From Takakia lepidozioides (lineage: Eukaryota; Plantae; Bryophyta), in NCBI GenBank assembly GCA_030704615.1, contig CM060732.1:76880001-76944000 (forward strand): DNA of 64,000 nt, read 5' to 3'. Position 1 is the first letter of the stretch. The number at the start of each line of letters is the position of its first letter. The notes under the pieces are model-generated. The model saw only the letters and a list, made by a program, of their open reading frames with translations. It was not told the DNA's origin and did not search any database. Positions 49,751 through 63,352 of the stretch are shown here, piece after piece. The position numbers were made by a program, and so were the translations under genes.

Positions 49751-52580
49751 CTTAGAGTGGGTGCAATATGAGTAGGAGTATCAGTGATCAATGTGTACTT
49801 CTGTGATGAGGTGACGAGCTCTGAAGTAAAGCCATGCTATTCGAAGTATCTCTGTGTAGAATGAATGTGATATGGAGAGAATGTGCATTATGAGAGAACG
49901 TGAGATGGTGAGAATGTGTATTGATAACGGCTATGCTACGAGGGACAGACAATGAGGGTCGCAACGGGACATATTGGGTAGTGATGGACGTACACTACCT
50001 GAGCCACAGGCAGAGACGGCTAAGTACGCGGTACTTAGCCAATGGCGGGACAAGGGTACATTACCACAAGAGCAGTAAGTGTTAATAGCCTGTAAGTGTT
50101 GATAGCCTGTTTTGTCTAAGTCATAAACCAGCGGTTAACATTTGGCGACCATACTGGGGACTAACGGTATGTTGAATTCAAGGGTACTCAAAGAAGGATG
50201 GTTACTCAGTGATCTCTTGAAATCACGACAGAACGAGTCAACAGAAGCAAAGGAATGGAAAACATTCCTGGAAAAAATTCATGGTTTACCAAGAGCAATA
50301 CAACAGAAAATCTTTCTTTCAGTCGCGAAAGAAGATGACAAATGGGGATTGAAGGGAGGAGTGATCAGTATTACACGAGCACCTTGGAAATGTAGGATTA
50401 GAAGTGGAGAGTGGTTGTCTCGTCTAGCTCTATTGATTACTCTAATCCCAATCAGAAAAGTTTGCTACACTAGTTATATTTTCAGAGAATGTTCAAATTA
50501 GGAATATTGTCACACAATCATAGAAGCAGTGGAGTACTAGATACCCAAAGACTTGTTGCAAGTCAGATACACTGAGAAAGACAGATGGTATTATTGTGCC
50601 CATTAAAAGTTTGGTGATCAATCAGTAAAAAAGAAAATTAAGTTGTAATACGGATTCTTGCAAGATAGGATAAATCTTGGAGAAATGGTAGAGACCACTA
50701 TAAATTTTCTTTACTGACATACCAAGACTGATTAAAGGGTGCCGAAAAGGAATTTTGCATATGATGTGGGAATGAATGAGGAAATTAAAGAAAGAGCTAA
50801 GCAAGACAGAGCTGAACGAATAGAGAAATATGCTGCAGAAAGGGAAGCTCGGTTAAGAGAAGAGTTCCCAGAATTACAGAACTTGAAAATTATTCAAGGT
50901 GAGACATCAAGACAAATTAACAGTGATAAACCAGAAGATCAGGAAATCAGAAGTGGGGACACTACACCAGAAGAAGTTGCCAGTAATGTACTTGGTGAAT
51001 GGTTACCACAAGAAAGATCCGAAGGACCTTCTACAGTAGTAAGTCCAAATCGAGGTTTTGCTGAAATATTAGAAGAAAGATTTGAGAACATTATGAGTGA
51101 AGAAGGTGAAAGAAGTGAAAGCACTTCTCCAGAAAGGATAACCAGAACTGCACTCAAAGCTTTTAAGGATTCATTAAGCTTAGTAGGGACAGCAGCTGGA
51201 AGACGACTATCATTGGGACAAGGACCTCTTAGCTTTGAATCACTGTTTGGAAGACAAACACCAACACCACCACAGCCAGCAGTAGCGGGATCATCCCAAT
51301 TTGGACAACCAGTTGCACCAGCAGCGCCAGTTGCACCAGCTACACCGATGGCTTTAGCAGCAAGCAAAACCAGACCACCATTTCCTTTATATGATGGGAA
51401 ATCTGATCCAGATATCCATCTTAATCAATTTGAAAACATGTGCACCATTTACAATGAAGCAACAGACCAAGAGAAGATCCGACTATTTCCTTGTTCAATG
51501 GCCCGGAAAGGCATTGAATGGTTGGCAACTTTCCCAGCCAATCACTTTGCGAATTGGGCGGATATGAGAGCCGCGTTTCAAGAAAGGTATAGATCCAACA
51601 AATCCACGTCTGAAATCTTCACAGGATTACAGAACCTAAGACAGAAAAAGAAAGAATTGGTAGTCGACTACCTGGAGAGAATGAAGACTCTGATCAGGAA
51701 ACTACCTCAAGCACCAGGGGATGATTTGCAAAAATCATGGTTCATCAATGGACTTCGTCCTGAATACATAACCATGTTTACAGTCATGCCTAACAACACT
51801 TTGGCTGAAGCAGTAGGGACTGCAAAGAAGTTGGAATTGGGATTCCATCATAGCACAAGCAAAGATTCCAAGGATCCCTTGGAAGAAGAAGACTCTGATG
51901 ATGAAGAAAAGCCCAAGCAAAAGAAAAAAGAAGTGATTGACAAAACCACTTTGGATCAGAAGATAGCAGAGGCTATCAAGAATTTTAAAGATGAAGGGCC
52001 ACGAAAGGCAACATGGTGTCACAAATGCGGGACTGCAGGACACTTGGCAACGGAATGCCACATAAAAGACAAATACTGTGAACAATCATAATACCAGCCA
52101 TTGTATTTACAACCAACGGGCCAAGAAGACTGGGTACACACGAGAGGTGGGGGTACACCAAGTCCAAATCCGACGGGGAGGATTGGACGAACCAAGACGA
52201 TACAATATGGGTAATCGTTATCACAGGCCACAAAATGAATATCCACCAAGGGATAGGGAACATCAACCCAGAAACAAAGAAAGCACGAGATGCCACTATT
52301 GCAAGAAAGAGGGACACTGGAAACATGAATGCCAGTTACGAATCAAGCATGAGGCAGAAGTGGGAAATATGGAAGCCGGACCAAGTGTAGCCGTAAGTGT
52401 GGTAACCCCTTTAGTGGATACCCTTGCGGTAACCCAAACTCAGGCCAAGCAACAGAAACCTCCAGATAAGGAGATTGAAGAAGAACGGAAACAATATCCA
52501 GAAAGTGCAGCATGGTAGGAGGAAAATAGCTTACACCAGGAAGTAAGTAAAGTCATAGCTCAAATGCAAGAGGGAACCAA
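49751..52580 (+). mobile_element. Sister gypsy family E, truncated (partial LTR to 50140, PBS 50141-50160, 5' ORF, gag)
   Basis: CA followed by the same PBS TTTGGCGACCATACTGGGGA; gag homologous to but diverged from B; similarity ends after LHQEVSKVIAQMQ. Confidence 0.85.
50739..52518 (+). pseudogene. gag: gag of family E (frameshift at ~52080)
   Basis: FPLYDGKSDP, WFINGLRPE and three CCHC-type knuckles. Confidence 0.85.
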
Positions 52581-53539
52581 CTCATCTCAGTCTTATCAAC
52601 TGCACAACGTATGATGGGAGTGAGTGCAACATGGGAAAGAGCCACAACACATGATGAGCTGTAGGGAAGAAGCAACATCGTGCAAGTAAAGCAAACGATG
52701 AAGCAGAAAGACGAGGCAACATGGGAGAAGGGAAAATGGGGTCCAAGGGCTAAAAAGGTCAACTGGTCAACAATAAGGAACTGGCTCTGGAGCACTATGT
52801 TGATGATTAAAGGGAGCAGCAAATACATGTGGGGCATCGCAGCAAAGTGCATGCCAACGAGGGTCAGAATAGTGCAAGAAAGACTCCACGGATGGTGGGC
52901 AGCCAAGGGAGATGCAGTGAGACAAGGCACTCATGGCAAGGGAGCTGCCAAGACAAAACTGTTGATTAGGCTACGGAGAAAAAGGAAAGCACAAGATCAA
53001 CTACGAGGAAAAGTAGCAATTCAAGCATGGGAGCTGCTGCTAAAACATGAGGAGGAAGACATACGAGGTGAAGCATCAAGGGAACTAGTAGGAGATGAGG
53101 AAGATGGAGCACACTTTCTTGTCAAAGGTTGGCGGCAAAGAATGCAACCCAGCAATCAGAAAGTGAGGCACCCGAGGCTGGACTGCTGCAAAGAGGTACA
53201 AAGACAGGAGCTGAGAATGAGATGTTGCCTTTCGTTGAAGTTCCCCACACAAGGGCTGTTTGGCAAGCAAAACCCCAGGCAAGGATGAGAGGTAAATTAG
53301 GGATAAAACCAGTAAGTGGGAGTGAGGAAATACACAAGGAAGGGCAGCAATACCTTGTCAAATCTGAGGGTGATGGCTGGAGAAAATTAAACAAGGACTG
53401 GAAGTATGGGAGCAGCAATCGCATGAAGAAAAATCTGTCTGAGACGCTGAAGAGTGAAAGGGAGGAAGACAGGCACCTTGCTTATGAAAAGTGGAAGGGC
53501 AGGGTAGAAAACCTGATGCCTGAAATTGATGGGAGCTCG

Positions 53540-54270
53540 TGTCGCGGCCCTTTGCCTTGAGGGCAGGGGGTCGGGACACATGAGTGGCTGCCCCTGTGGT
53601 GGGGGCAGCGGCAGCGATAGGTACGGGGGGCTGAAGCACCCTTGAGTGCCCAAGGCACTCAAGGAGGCGGAGGCGCTCACTAGATGGAGCCCCACACACC
53701 GGGTTGCGGTGGGGGTGGCTCCACAAAAAGGGGTGGTGGTAGCTTAGCGGGACTTAGTGGGGGTGGCATAGGACTCACCATGGGGGCGGAGACCTCGTGG
53801 TGGGAGTCGTGGGGAGTCTTGGGACTCATCACGGCCCATAGGGGCCGTGGTGAGTGGGCCAAGACTCACCGCGACTCATCACCGGGAGTCGAGGGTTTTC
53901 GTGGTGGTTCGCCATAAAATGGCATGGCTGGTTGTGAAACCCCCGCGGACAGCTACAGAAGTATATATAAGGGGGGAGTAGTGACCCCGAGAACGGTGCA
54001 AGCCCGTTGGTGACCAAAAACTAGTGAGTAAACGAGCGAGCCGGAAAGCGACCAAAGAGTGAGGAGCTGCTTCGGACTGCCATCTACCAAAGGGAATTCC
54101 ACTAGGCCCAAATAGGTGGAGGGTTTAGTGGGGAGCGAAGGGGGACCGTTATGTCCCGGTGAGCAGCCAAAGCTCCAAGTTGGTCCGGGGCCAGGTTGGG
54201 AGTCAGGCGCGCGCATCAAAGCGAGTAACTATAACTTGAAGGGGAGCTTACCGAAGTGAGGTGCACGACA
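53540..54270 (+). repeat. Chromovirus 5' LTR
   Basis: Direct repeat of 59789-60519; about 17 substitutions counted by eye; TATATAA at ~53963. Confidence 0.95.
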
Positions 54271-54272
54271 CT

Positions 54273-54284
54273 TGGTATCAAAGC
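54273..54284 (+). promoter_or_regulatory. PBS, initiator tRNA-Met type
   Basis: TGGTATCAAAGC versus canonical TGGTATCAGAGC. Confidence 0.85.
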
Positions 54285-54325
54285 TTAGAGTTCAGTACGC
54301 GATCGTCCTTGGGATTGGCCTCATC

Positions 54326-57300
54326 ATGGGGTCGGGCAAGCCGAAGCGAAAGCGGAACGGCCCAAAAGATGATGATCCTGGTGAGCCCGATGTGGGCGAC
54401 GTGTCACCGAGGCGGCCGTTTGAGGGAGCGATGCACGTTTCCAAAAACGAGGCCGCTCAAGAGCGGGAGGAATCCGAGGAGTCGGAGCCCGAGGAATCCG
54501 TGAGAGCTCCGACCGACCAACAGATGCCTCCCATGCCGGCAGCCTTTTGGGAAGGGTTGTTGGCACAATTTGGCGGGACGCTGAAAGACGTGTTGAGGGC
54601 GGCTAATGCCACTTCCACTAAGGCAAAGTTTAAGGTGAAGCCTAAGGAACCCGGCACCTTCGAGGGCGTCCGAAATCGGAAGGCACTCAACACCTGGCTC
54701 CTGGAGCTAGAGTAGTACTTCCGGGCGGCCAAGTTGAGTGACGAGGATCGGGTGGAAGTGGCTCCCACCTATTTGAGGGGCTATGCTCAACAATGGTGGC
54801 AGAAACGCCTTCACGACCGAGGTCCAAGCCTGGAAACCTTGAACTGGAGTGGGTTCAAGGAATTGATGAAGAGACAGTTTGTGCCTCTCAACGCGTCCTG
54901 GCTTGCCCGGGACAAGATGAGGAATTTGAAGCAAACAGATGACATTCGGGGGTATGTCCAGGCTTTCAATGTGCTGTTGCTCAAAGTCGCGGACATGGCA
55001 GAACCAGAAATGGTCTTCAACTTTGTGGCGGGACTGGCCCCATGGGCCAGGCGGAAGTTGGAGGAGAAGCCACCCAAGACTTTGAACGAGGCAATTGAGA
55101 GGGCTGAATGTTTCTCGGATGTCCCTAGGGGTGAGAGACAAGGCCGTACGAAGCTGAACCACAAGAAGACCTGGCGGGAAGGTGACTCCTTCCGACCGGA
55201 AAAGAAGTGGGATAGGCCACGCGGCGATAATGGCTCGTGGAAATCGAAGGGAGGGCCTTCACACGTCAAGGCGGCACCCGGTGCTTCGAAAGGAAAAGCG
55301 GGTGGAGCGGCTTATGGCGGACAAAAGGCGACCTTTGATGGAGTGTGTTTCAATTGCGGGGAACCCGGGCACATGGCCAAGAAGTGCACGAAACCTCAAC
55401 AATGGAACATGACTCGGGCAACCACGGAGCTGTCGGAAGATACCATCAGTCGCTTGGTGGAAGCGGTGGTCGCCAGGACTTGCAAGGTAGGCAACTATTC
55501 TTGTGAGTTGTATCAGGAAACTAGCGCCCTACGCAAAGGGAGTCAGTTATTGTTCGTGGATGGGATAATATCCGGAACTAACGTGTCGTTGTTGGTGGAC
55601 ACAGGAGCGTCGCACTCCTTCATGACACCGGCGGCGGCGCGAAAGTTGGGACTCCCGACAAGTGACGTGGGGGCCTCTATTGAGGTGCGTTCTGCCAAAG
55701 GAGAACCACAGTTGGCGACAAGGTTGGCGTTTGATGTTTCTCTTCAACTGGGGAGTTGGGAGGGACGTGAGAACTTCACCATCTGCGAGATCGATGGAGT
55801 GGATCTCATTTTGGGGATGACCTTTTTGAGCAAATCTGGAGCGGTCATAGATGGCCGCAAGAGAGTAGTCACGCTGCCATGTGGGAATGGTGGCGAGGTC
55901 TTACGAGTGTCAGAAACGCCCAAATCCGTGGGAGGGCGAATAAACCTTTTGTCAGCAAGGGAGTGGGCCGTGGAGGAGGCACACGAGCCCCAGTTTTTGC
56001 TTTACATTAGAGAAGTGAAGGGAGAAGGCAATGGGGAGCCGAGCCCAGATTGGATCAAGGGGATTTTGGAGAGATACCAGGATGTGATGCCGGAGGATTT
56101 ACCAAGCGGCTTGCCACCGCGAAGAGGAGTTGACCACAAGATTGAGGTGATACCGGGATCGGAACCGCCTGCCAAGGCGCCCTACCAGTTGAGCCACAGA
56201 GAGTTGGTCAAGCTGAAGACTCAGCTCAAAGATCTAATGTCAAAGGGGTACATCCGGCCGAGTAAGTCACCTTACGGAGCCCCGGTGCTATTCGCAGACA
56301 AGAAGGATGGGACGCTGCGGATGTGTGTCGATTACAGGGCTTTGAATAAGGTGACTATTAAAAACTGGTACCCTTTGCCAAGGATCGACGACCTTTTCGA
56401 TCGGTTGGCAGGAGCGAAGTATTTCAGCTGGATCGACTTGCGCTCCGGTTATCATCAAATTCGGGTGGCGGAAGGAGATGAGGAGAAGACCGCGTGCAGG
56501 ACAAGGTATGGTTCATATGAGTTCCTGGTGATGCCTTTTGGGCTCACCAATGCACCAGCGACATTTAGCACGCTGATGAACAGCCTTTTCTAGGAGTGGT
56601 TGGATGACTTTTTGATCGTGTACATCGACGACATCTTGGTGTACTCAAAAACAAAGGAAGAGCACCTGGAGCACCTGAAAAGGGTATTCCAAAAATTGCG
56701 AGAAGGGAAGTTGTATGCCAAAGCTTCAAAGTGCGAATTCGGGGTCACAAAAGTGGAGTTCCTGGGGCATGTGATTACACAGGATGGGATCAAAATGGAT
56801 GACAGAAAGGTGAGGGCGATCTTGGACTGGGAGCCTCCGACTTCGGTCCCGGGAGTGCGATCCTTCCTAGGACTCGCCTCCTATTACCGGAAGTATGTGA
56901 GAAATTTCGCCAAAATCGCGGGGCCGCTGTCAGACCTTCTGTGTAAATCCAAAGTCTGGGTATGGAACACATTTTGTGGCCAAGCTTTTGTTGAATTGAA
57001 GCAGCGGATGACGGAAGCTCCAGTCTTGAAAATCCCGGAGTTTGATCGTCCATTTGAGATTCATACAGATGCGTCGGACTTCGCGATTGGGGGTGTACTT
57101 ATGCAAGATGGACGTCCAGTGGCTTACGAAAGTAAGAAACTGAATGAAGTGGAGCGACGGTGGCCGACGCACAAAAAAGAGATGAAGGCGGTGGTGCATT
57201 GCCTTGAGCTTTGGCCCACTATGTTGGTTCCAACCCAGTGAAGGTGTTCACGGACAATGTCACGGTGAAGTATTTTGCCACGCAGCCCAAGTTGTCCCCA

Positions 57301-58850
57301 AAACAACTTAGGTGGCAAGATACTTTGGCGGTGTTCGACGTGGATATTCAGTACAAACCGGGACGAGACGACGTGGTGGCCGATGCTTTAAGTAGAAAGC
57401 AGCAGCTCTTGTTGGTGTACAAGGGCGAGACGGCGCTCCAAAGGAAGATCCGGAAGGCTTGCCGGAAGGATGAGCTGGCGAAGTCCGTGATGCAGGACTT
57501 GATGGGGGGTTAAATCGCAGTTCCACTTGCAAAATGGACTGCTCCGGTATAAGCAAAAATGTCTCTACGTGCCAAAGGGAGGGATCAGAGATAGCTTCTT
57601 GAGAGAATGCCATGATAGCCCGCTTGCGGGCCACGGCGGAGCCAAGCGCACTGCGGCACTCTTGAAGAAAGAGTATTTCTGGCCCAAACTGAGGGAGGAG
57701 GCAGAAGAGTATATCAAGACATGCACCACATGCCAACAAAACCGGAGCGAGTACAAAAAGCAAGCGGGGCTGTTACAACCCTTGCCGATTCCAGAGGGGA
57801 CTTGGGAAAGCGTCTCGATGGATTTCATGACTGTTATGCCGCTGTCAAAAGGATTCGATGCAATCATGGTGGTGGTGGATAGGTTCAGTAAAATGGGCCA
57901 TTTCATCCCCACCAAGGAGACGGCAACGGCGCAGGAGACAGGGCGACTTTACTTTGCCCACGTCTTAAAGCATCATGGAGTCCCGAAGGATATTGTCTCG
58001 GACCGCGATCCAAAGTTTACGAGTAAATTTTGGAGGACACTTTGGAAGAAGATGGGGACGAGGCTGAAGATGAGCACCGCCTTCCGACCTACGACCGACG
58101 GCCAAACAGAAAGAGTGAATTCCGTAGTGAAGCAGATCTTGCGGAATTACGTGTCGGCAGACCAAACAGACTGGGTGGAACACTTAGACGCGGCAGAGTT
58201 CTGTTATAATAACACAGAACACTCCGCAACGGGAGTTTCCCCTTTCGTATTGGTCTATGGAAAAGCACCTCTGGTGCCGACAAGTTGGGCCGCCCAGGAC
58301 GTTGAGGAACCGGCAGTAGCGGCGGTACTGGAAGAACGCGAGCGTTTGTTGAAGCTCGCAAAGTACAACATTGCCAAAGCTAGGAAACGGTATGAAAGGC
58401 AGGCGAATCGGAAGCGGAGGGAAGTGAAGTTTGAGGCAGGACACAGAGGTCTGGTTGAACATCAAGAATTTCCGACTACCTCCGGAAGTGAGTCCGAAGT
58501 TCGTACCTCCGTATGCGGGACCCTTTCGCATTCGGAAGGTTATGAATGAGGATGTGTATGAATTGGAGCTGCCGGCAAACAGCAAGGTGCACCCAGTATT
58601 CCATGTCTCCCTTTTGAAGCCTTACTTCAAAGATGAAGCGCGTCCGAATCGGCATCAAGTGTTGCGTCCGCCACCTATGCTGTTGGATCATGAAAATGAA
58701 CCTGAGTACGAGGTGGAGGCAATACTTAAGTCGAGGAGGTTCAAGAACCGAGAAACGGAGTATCTCGTCAAATGGAAGGGCTATCATCATGTGGAGGCAT
58801 CTTGGGTGCGTGCCTCAGAAATGGGAAACGCATCGAGGCGGTTGCAGCCT
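54326..58850 (+). pseudogene. gag-pol: Chromovirus gag-pol with chromodomain; premature stops and frameshifts
   Basis: CFNCGEPGH knuckle, LVDTGAS, YIDD, TDAS, integrase SMDF/SDRD/GQTE, GPF, and chromodomain YEVEAIL...YLVKWKGY...SW. Stops at 54713, 56591 and 57511; shifts at ~57215 and ~58440. Confidence 0.93.
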
Positions 58851-59788
58851 TCGAAGGGCGACCTCAAAAGCGGAAGAAGCGTTGATGGGGACATCAACCT
58901 TGGAGCGTGGGGGAGGAAATGCATGCTTAGCCCGGTTTAGCTAGCTTAGGAATCCGATTGCAAAAACTTGTATTGTACAAAACGTGCTATAAATGAAATG
59001 GATTCCAAATGTTGTGCGTCCTATTTTGTTTGGAATGGTGATGCATGGTATGGTTGGCTAGTGTGTAGAATGCATGCTAGCTTATAAAAGTGGGAGAGGT
59101 AAATTGGGTTAATCGTGTGTTTGCGTAGTGCCGAAATCGGGTGACCCCATCCAAGGGACAAGGAAACTTGCGCCTTCTTTGGGAGTTCACGTGCTAGTGC
59201 GCACCTGGCGCGTGCGCGTACTATAACTGCGCTACCGAGGGGGTTGCCTTGTAGTGCGGGCTAACGCGGAAGCTACGTGCTTCCGTTCACGTACTATAAT
59301 CGTGTAGCCTCGGGACAAAGTCGTAGTGCGGCTTCGGCGTGTTCCCGTACCTCAGGCCAGCATTCCAAGGCGGACCCAATTGTAGTGATTGGGGCGCACG
59401 GTTGGTTCAAGGTTATCTTCCTAGTCAAAGAGGGTTCTAGGGAACCCTTGCTCAAGGTGATGCCAAAAGCGGCATCATGAGCGGTCGCAAGCAATGTTGT
59501 TGCAGTAAGGCGATTCGATCCTCGGGGAGGATCGTTCCTTGGCCTTGAAGTAGGCCAAGAAGAGTGCACTGGGAGGAGCTGGAGAGGCTCCACCCTTGGC
59601 CGGGACTTGGAGGAAGTCGGCCGAACTAGCTAGTGGAGAGAAGAGTCAAGTGTGGGGTTTGGTTCTTTGCCATGGGACGCCATGGTGCGGAAACAAACTC
59701 CTTGATGTGGGACGCCACAACTTGGATGTTCGTTTCTACAAAATGGACAAGTCGATGAGGACATCGACTCCCTGTTGGTAGGGGTGTG

Positions 59789-60519
59789 TGTCGCGGCCCT
59801 TTGCCTTGAGGGCAGGGGGTCGGGACACATGAGGGGCTGCCCTTGTGGTGGGGGCAGCGGCAGTGATAGGTATGGGGGGCTGAAGCACCCTTGAGTGCCC
59901 AAGGCACTCAAGGAGGCGGAGGCGCTCACTAGGTGGAGCCCCGCACACCGGGTTGCGGTGGGGGTGGCTCCACAAAAAGGGGTGGTGGTAGCTTATCAGT
60001 ACTTAGTGGGGGTGGCATAGGACTCACCATGGGGGCGGAGACCTCGTGGTGGGAGTCGTGGGGAGTCTTGGGACTCATCACGGTCCATAGGGGCCGTGGT
60101 GAGTGGGCCAAGACTCACCGCGACTCATCACCGGGAGTCGAGGGTTTTCGTGGTGGTTCGCCATAAAATGGCATGGCTGGTTGTGAAACCCCCGCGGACA
60201 GCTACAGAAGTATATATAAGGGGGGAGTAGTGACCCCGAGAACGGTGCAAGCCCATTGGTGACCAAAAACTAGTGAGTAAGCGAGTGAGCCGGAAAGCGA
60301 CCAAAGAGTGGGGAGCTGCTTCGGACTGCCATCTACCAAAGGGAATTCCACTAGGCCCAAATAGGTGGAGGGTTTAGTGGGGAGCGAAGGGGGACCGTTA
60401 TGTCCCGGTGAGCAGCCGAAGCTCCAAGTTGGCCCGGGGCCAGGTTGGGAGTCAGGCGCGCGCATCAAAGCGAGTAACTATAACTTGAAGGGGAGCTTAC
60501 CGAAGTGAGGTGCGCGACA
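59789..60519 (+). repeat. Chromovirus 3' LTR
   Basis: Direct repeat of 53540-54270. Confidence 0.95.
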
Positions 60520-61487
60520 GCTCGTGGGAGACTCTGCCAAGAAGACTCCAATCAGCTGTTGCCAACAATCGGACCAGTGAAAGATCGCCCTTGGCTGGCG
60601 CAACACCACAAAATAAGTGCAGCCCTGATAGCATGGTGAGTGGGGCACCAACAGAGCCAGAAAATGAGGGAGAAGCAGGAGACTTCCCTGCCAAGAAAGT
60701 CAATGCGGGCCTACAATGGCATGCAAGGAAAGGGACACCGTAAGTGTTGCCAACAGATGTAAATCAGTGCTCATTCATTCGAAAGCACCACGGGAGATGA
60801 AGGAAAAGACACCTGCAGGGACGTTGAAGCATAAAAGAGGAGAGCACTTTACTTGGGAAGAAAGTGAAGCATTGGAGAACGAGGCTGATGACTGGCAGTC
60901 TTAAAAGGAAAGGCGGTTGTGGGAAACCCTACCAAGACCCAAGACAACCAACCTCTTTTGTGTGAGAGAAGTCAAGCTGAACCTGCTCATCATATCGAGT
61001 GGGATGGACCAGATGTAAAGCTGCCAAGCCAACCAACACTCATATTCGCACTCAAGCAACATAAGCTGGAGCCATTTTCAGATTATGAGTACCCGTGTTT
61101 TAAGAATACTCCTTGTTCAACTTGCGGTGAACGGGCAAAAAACTTCACAATGTGCAGCAGATTAATGGACCAGGATGCGGAGCTGAATTGGGTATCCAGT
61201 TAGGCAATGCTGGTTTCAAAACCCCGTTCCATCCCTGCGTTTCGAAGATCTGGCTTGAATGGGCACACTCCGGCAGTGGAAGGCTCACGGAGTAATGAGT
61301 TTGGGCTGATATGCATGCTGACATGCCATGCCGGTGCAAAGAACAACGTTCTGAATGGCGATTGTGATCTCAAAATCTGCCCCTGCATTCAAGCTGATTT
61401 CTCTCTCGAGCAGAGCCGCCTTGTGGATGTTCCAGCCAGTGTCCAAAAACAGCTCAAGTGCAAGACAACAACATCAGCAAGGCATGG

Positions 61488-62384
61488 TTAGCTAAGCAAG
61501 GTCATGGTGGAGAGACATTTGAACTCTCTGAATGTAATGTGGTTGGACTTCACCCCCTCCCACATCAATTGCTCATAGGTCTCCAAAACCTGCAATCCCC
61601 GCCCCTGTTGTGCATGTCCTGCAATCATCACTTTCCACGACACCACATTTCGCTCAGCCATATTGTTGAACACTCCTATCTAGAAGGGTATTCATGTTCA
61701 GAATGACATCTACCACAATTCCAGCTTTGACGATGCAACCATGGACCTCTTTGCCCTTCTCCAACAGGCTCGCACATGCACTACAAACACAAACAAATGT
61801 AATGTGCTCGGGCTTCACCCCCTAGACCCACATCATTTGCTCATAGGTCTCCAAAACCCGCAATCCCCACCCATGTTGTGCATGTCCTGCGATCATCACG
61901 TTCCACCACACCACATTTCGCTCAGCCATATTGTTAAACACTCCTTGTCCACAAGGGAATGCTCCCACGTTTGGCATACATGTCGACGAGGTATTGTTAC
62001 ATCTGGTACAGTTCCAGCTTTGACAATGTCACGATGGACCTCTTTGCCCTTTACCAAGTCTCCAGGGCTGCCAGGTTTGCACATGCATTGCAAACACAAA
62101 TGAACGTAACCCGGTCAAGCTGCACCTCTTCTCAACATTTGCTCATATGTCTCCAATGCCCTCATCCCGCACACATGCTGGCCATATCTTGCGAGATTCA
62201 GCGTGTTCCTTGAGACAACATCTTGTTCAGCCATGTTATCAAACTCTCCCTTCGCAACTTCATAGGTCTCCAAAGCCTCCATCCCACGTCCCTGCTGTGC
62301 ATACCCTGCAAGCATCGCACTCCACGACACTACATCTCGGCAAAACAGGCTGAAATAGCTCGAAGAAGAAGGTGCCCTCACCAC
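61488..62384 (-). pseudogene. PLS-class pentatricopeptide repeat (PPR) gene fragments
   Basis: FNNMAERNVVSWKVMIAGHAQQGRG...EGVKSNHITF; DVVSWSAMLAGYAQQGRGMEAL; GKEVHRDIVKAG; broken by stops and frameshifts. Confidence 0.8.
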
Positions 62385-63352
62385 ATTGTCCTCTACCTTC
62401 TGTCATGACCCATTGCGGATTAGACTGACCATGAACCCAAGAAGGCCTCTCGTGCGTGCTGCTTGTATCTCTAGTCAGGTAATGTGGGATTGGTTCGTAA
62501 GAACCACCACGGTGCAGCTGAGCGGGCAGAGATTAAAATATGGGTTGCTAAGACCAAGCTGATTCCCCTAAGAACCTTGTGATCATCAGGAAGAATACCA
62601 AATCATGGTACAAAGGGGAGCCAAGAGCCCACATTTGCACATAATGCGTCCTTGACGCCATAAACGCTTGCAACAACAGGACATGGACCTCGATTTGGTC
62701 TTCGTCCTTCTCGCATCACTTGTTCGTCTCTCTCTCAAGCCTCCATCCCTCTCCCAACACTTAGACAAATTCAGGCAAAGGACAAAGTTACTCTTCCACC
62801 CTTAGATCATTTTACATCCGACGATTAGAACAATCTCTACGAGCCACACAAGCCCTAAAATACATTAAAATATTCCACGTCATGAGCCATGTGGAGCACT
62901 TATAAAAATTCCATTTTTGAATAGGGTGTGCAATGAATGCCTAGTTGTTAAGAGTCGTTCTCTAGTGTTTAAAACCACTCGTAATTGTTGTTTTAAAAAA
63001 AAACAATTTACGTAATTGAATTAAATCGCCGCGAATATTGTGCCGACTGCGGAGTCATTGATGCAACTTCTATCCGCCATTAGAAATGTGAATTTATCCG
63101 TTACGACTGTGCAGTAGTAACAACCATCTCAAAGTTTCCCTCAATGGTTTTGGACGTGCAGTCGATTCGGAAAAGACACGAATGCTTCTAGTGATTGTGA
63201 GTCCACGGAAATAGGGTTAGGAGGCACGGAAATAGGATCATGTGAAGTTGGAATGTGGCACCAGTGGACTTGAAATGCAACATTTTATTGCAAATTTTGT
63301 GGCAAGCTACGTCTATACAAGTGTGTTCTAATTGTCATAGCTGGAATGGGCA

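Larger units (their letters stand above)
53540..60519 (+). mobile_element. Full-length chromovirus (Tcn1/Galadriel-like Ty3/gypsy), 6980 bp, TSD GCTCG
   Basis: Two 731-bp LTRs (TG...CA); GCTCG at 53535-53539 and 60520-60524; tRNA-Met-type PBS; chromodomain after the integrase. Confidence 0.97.
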
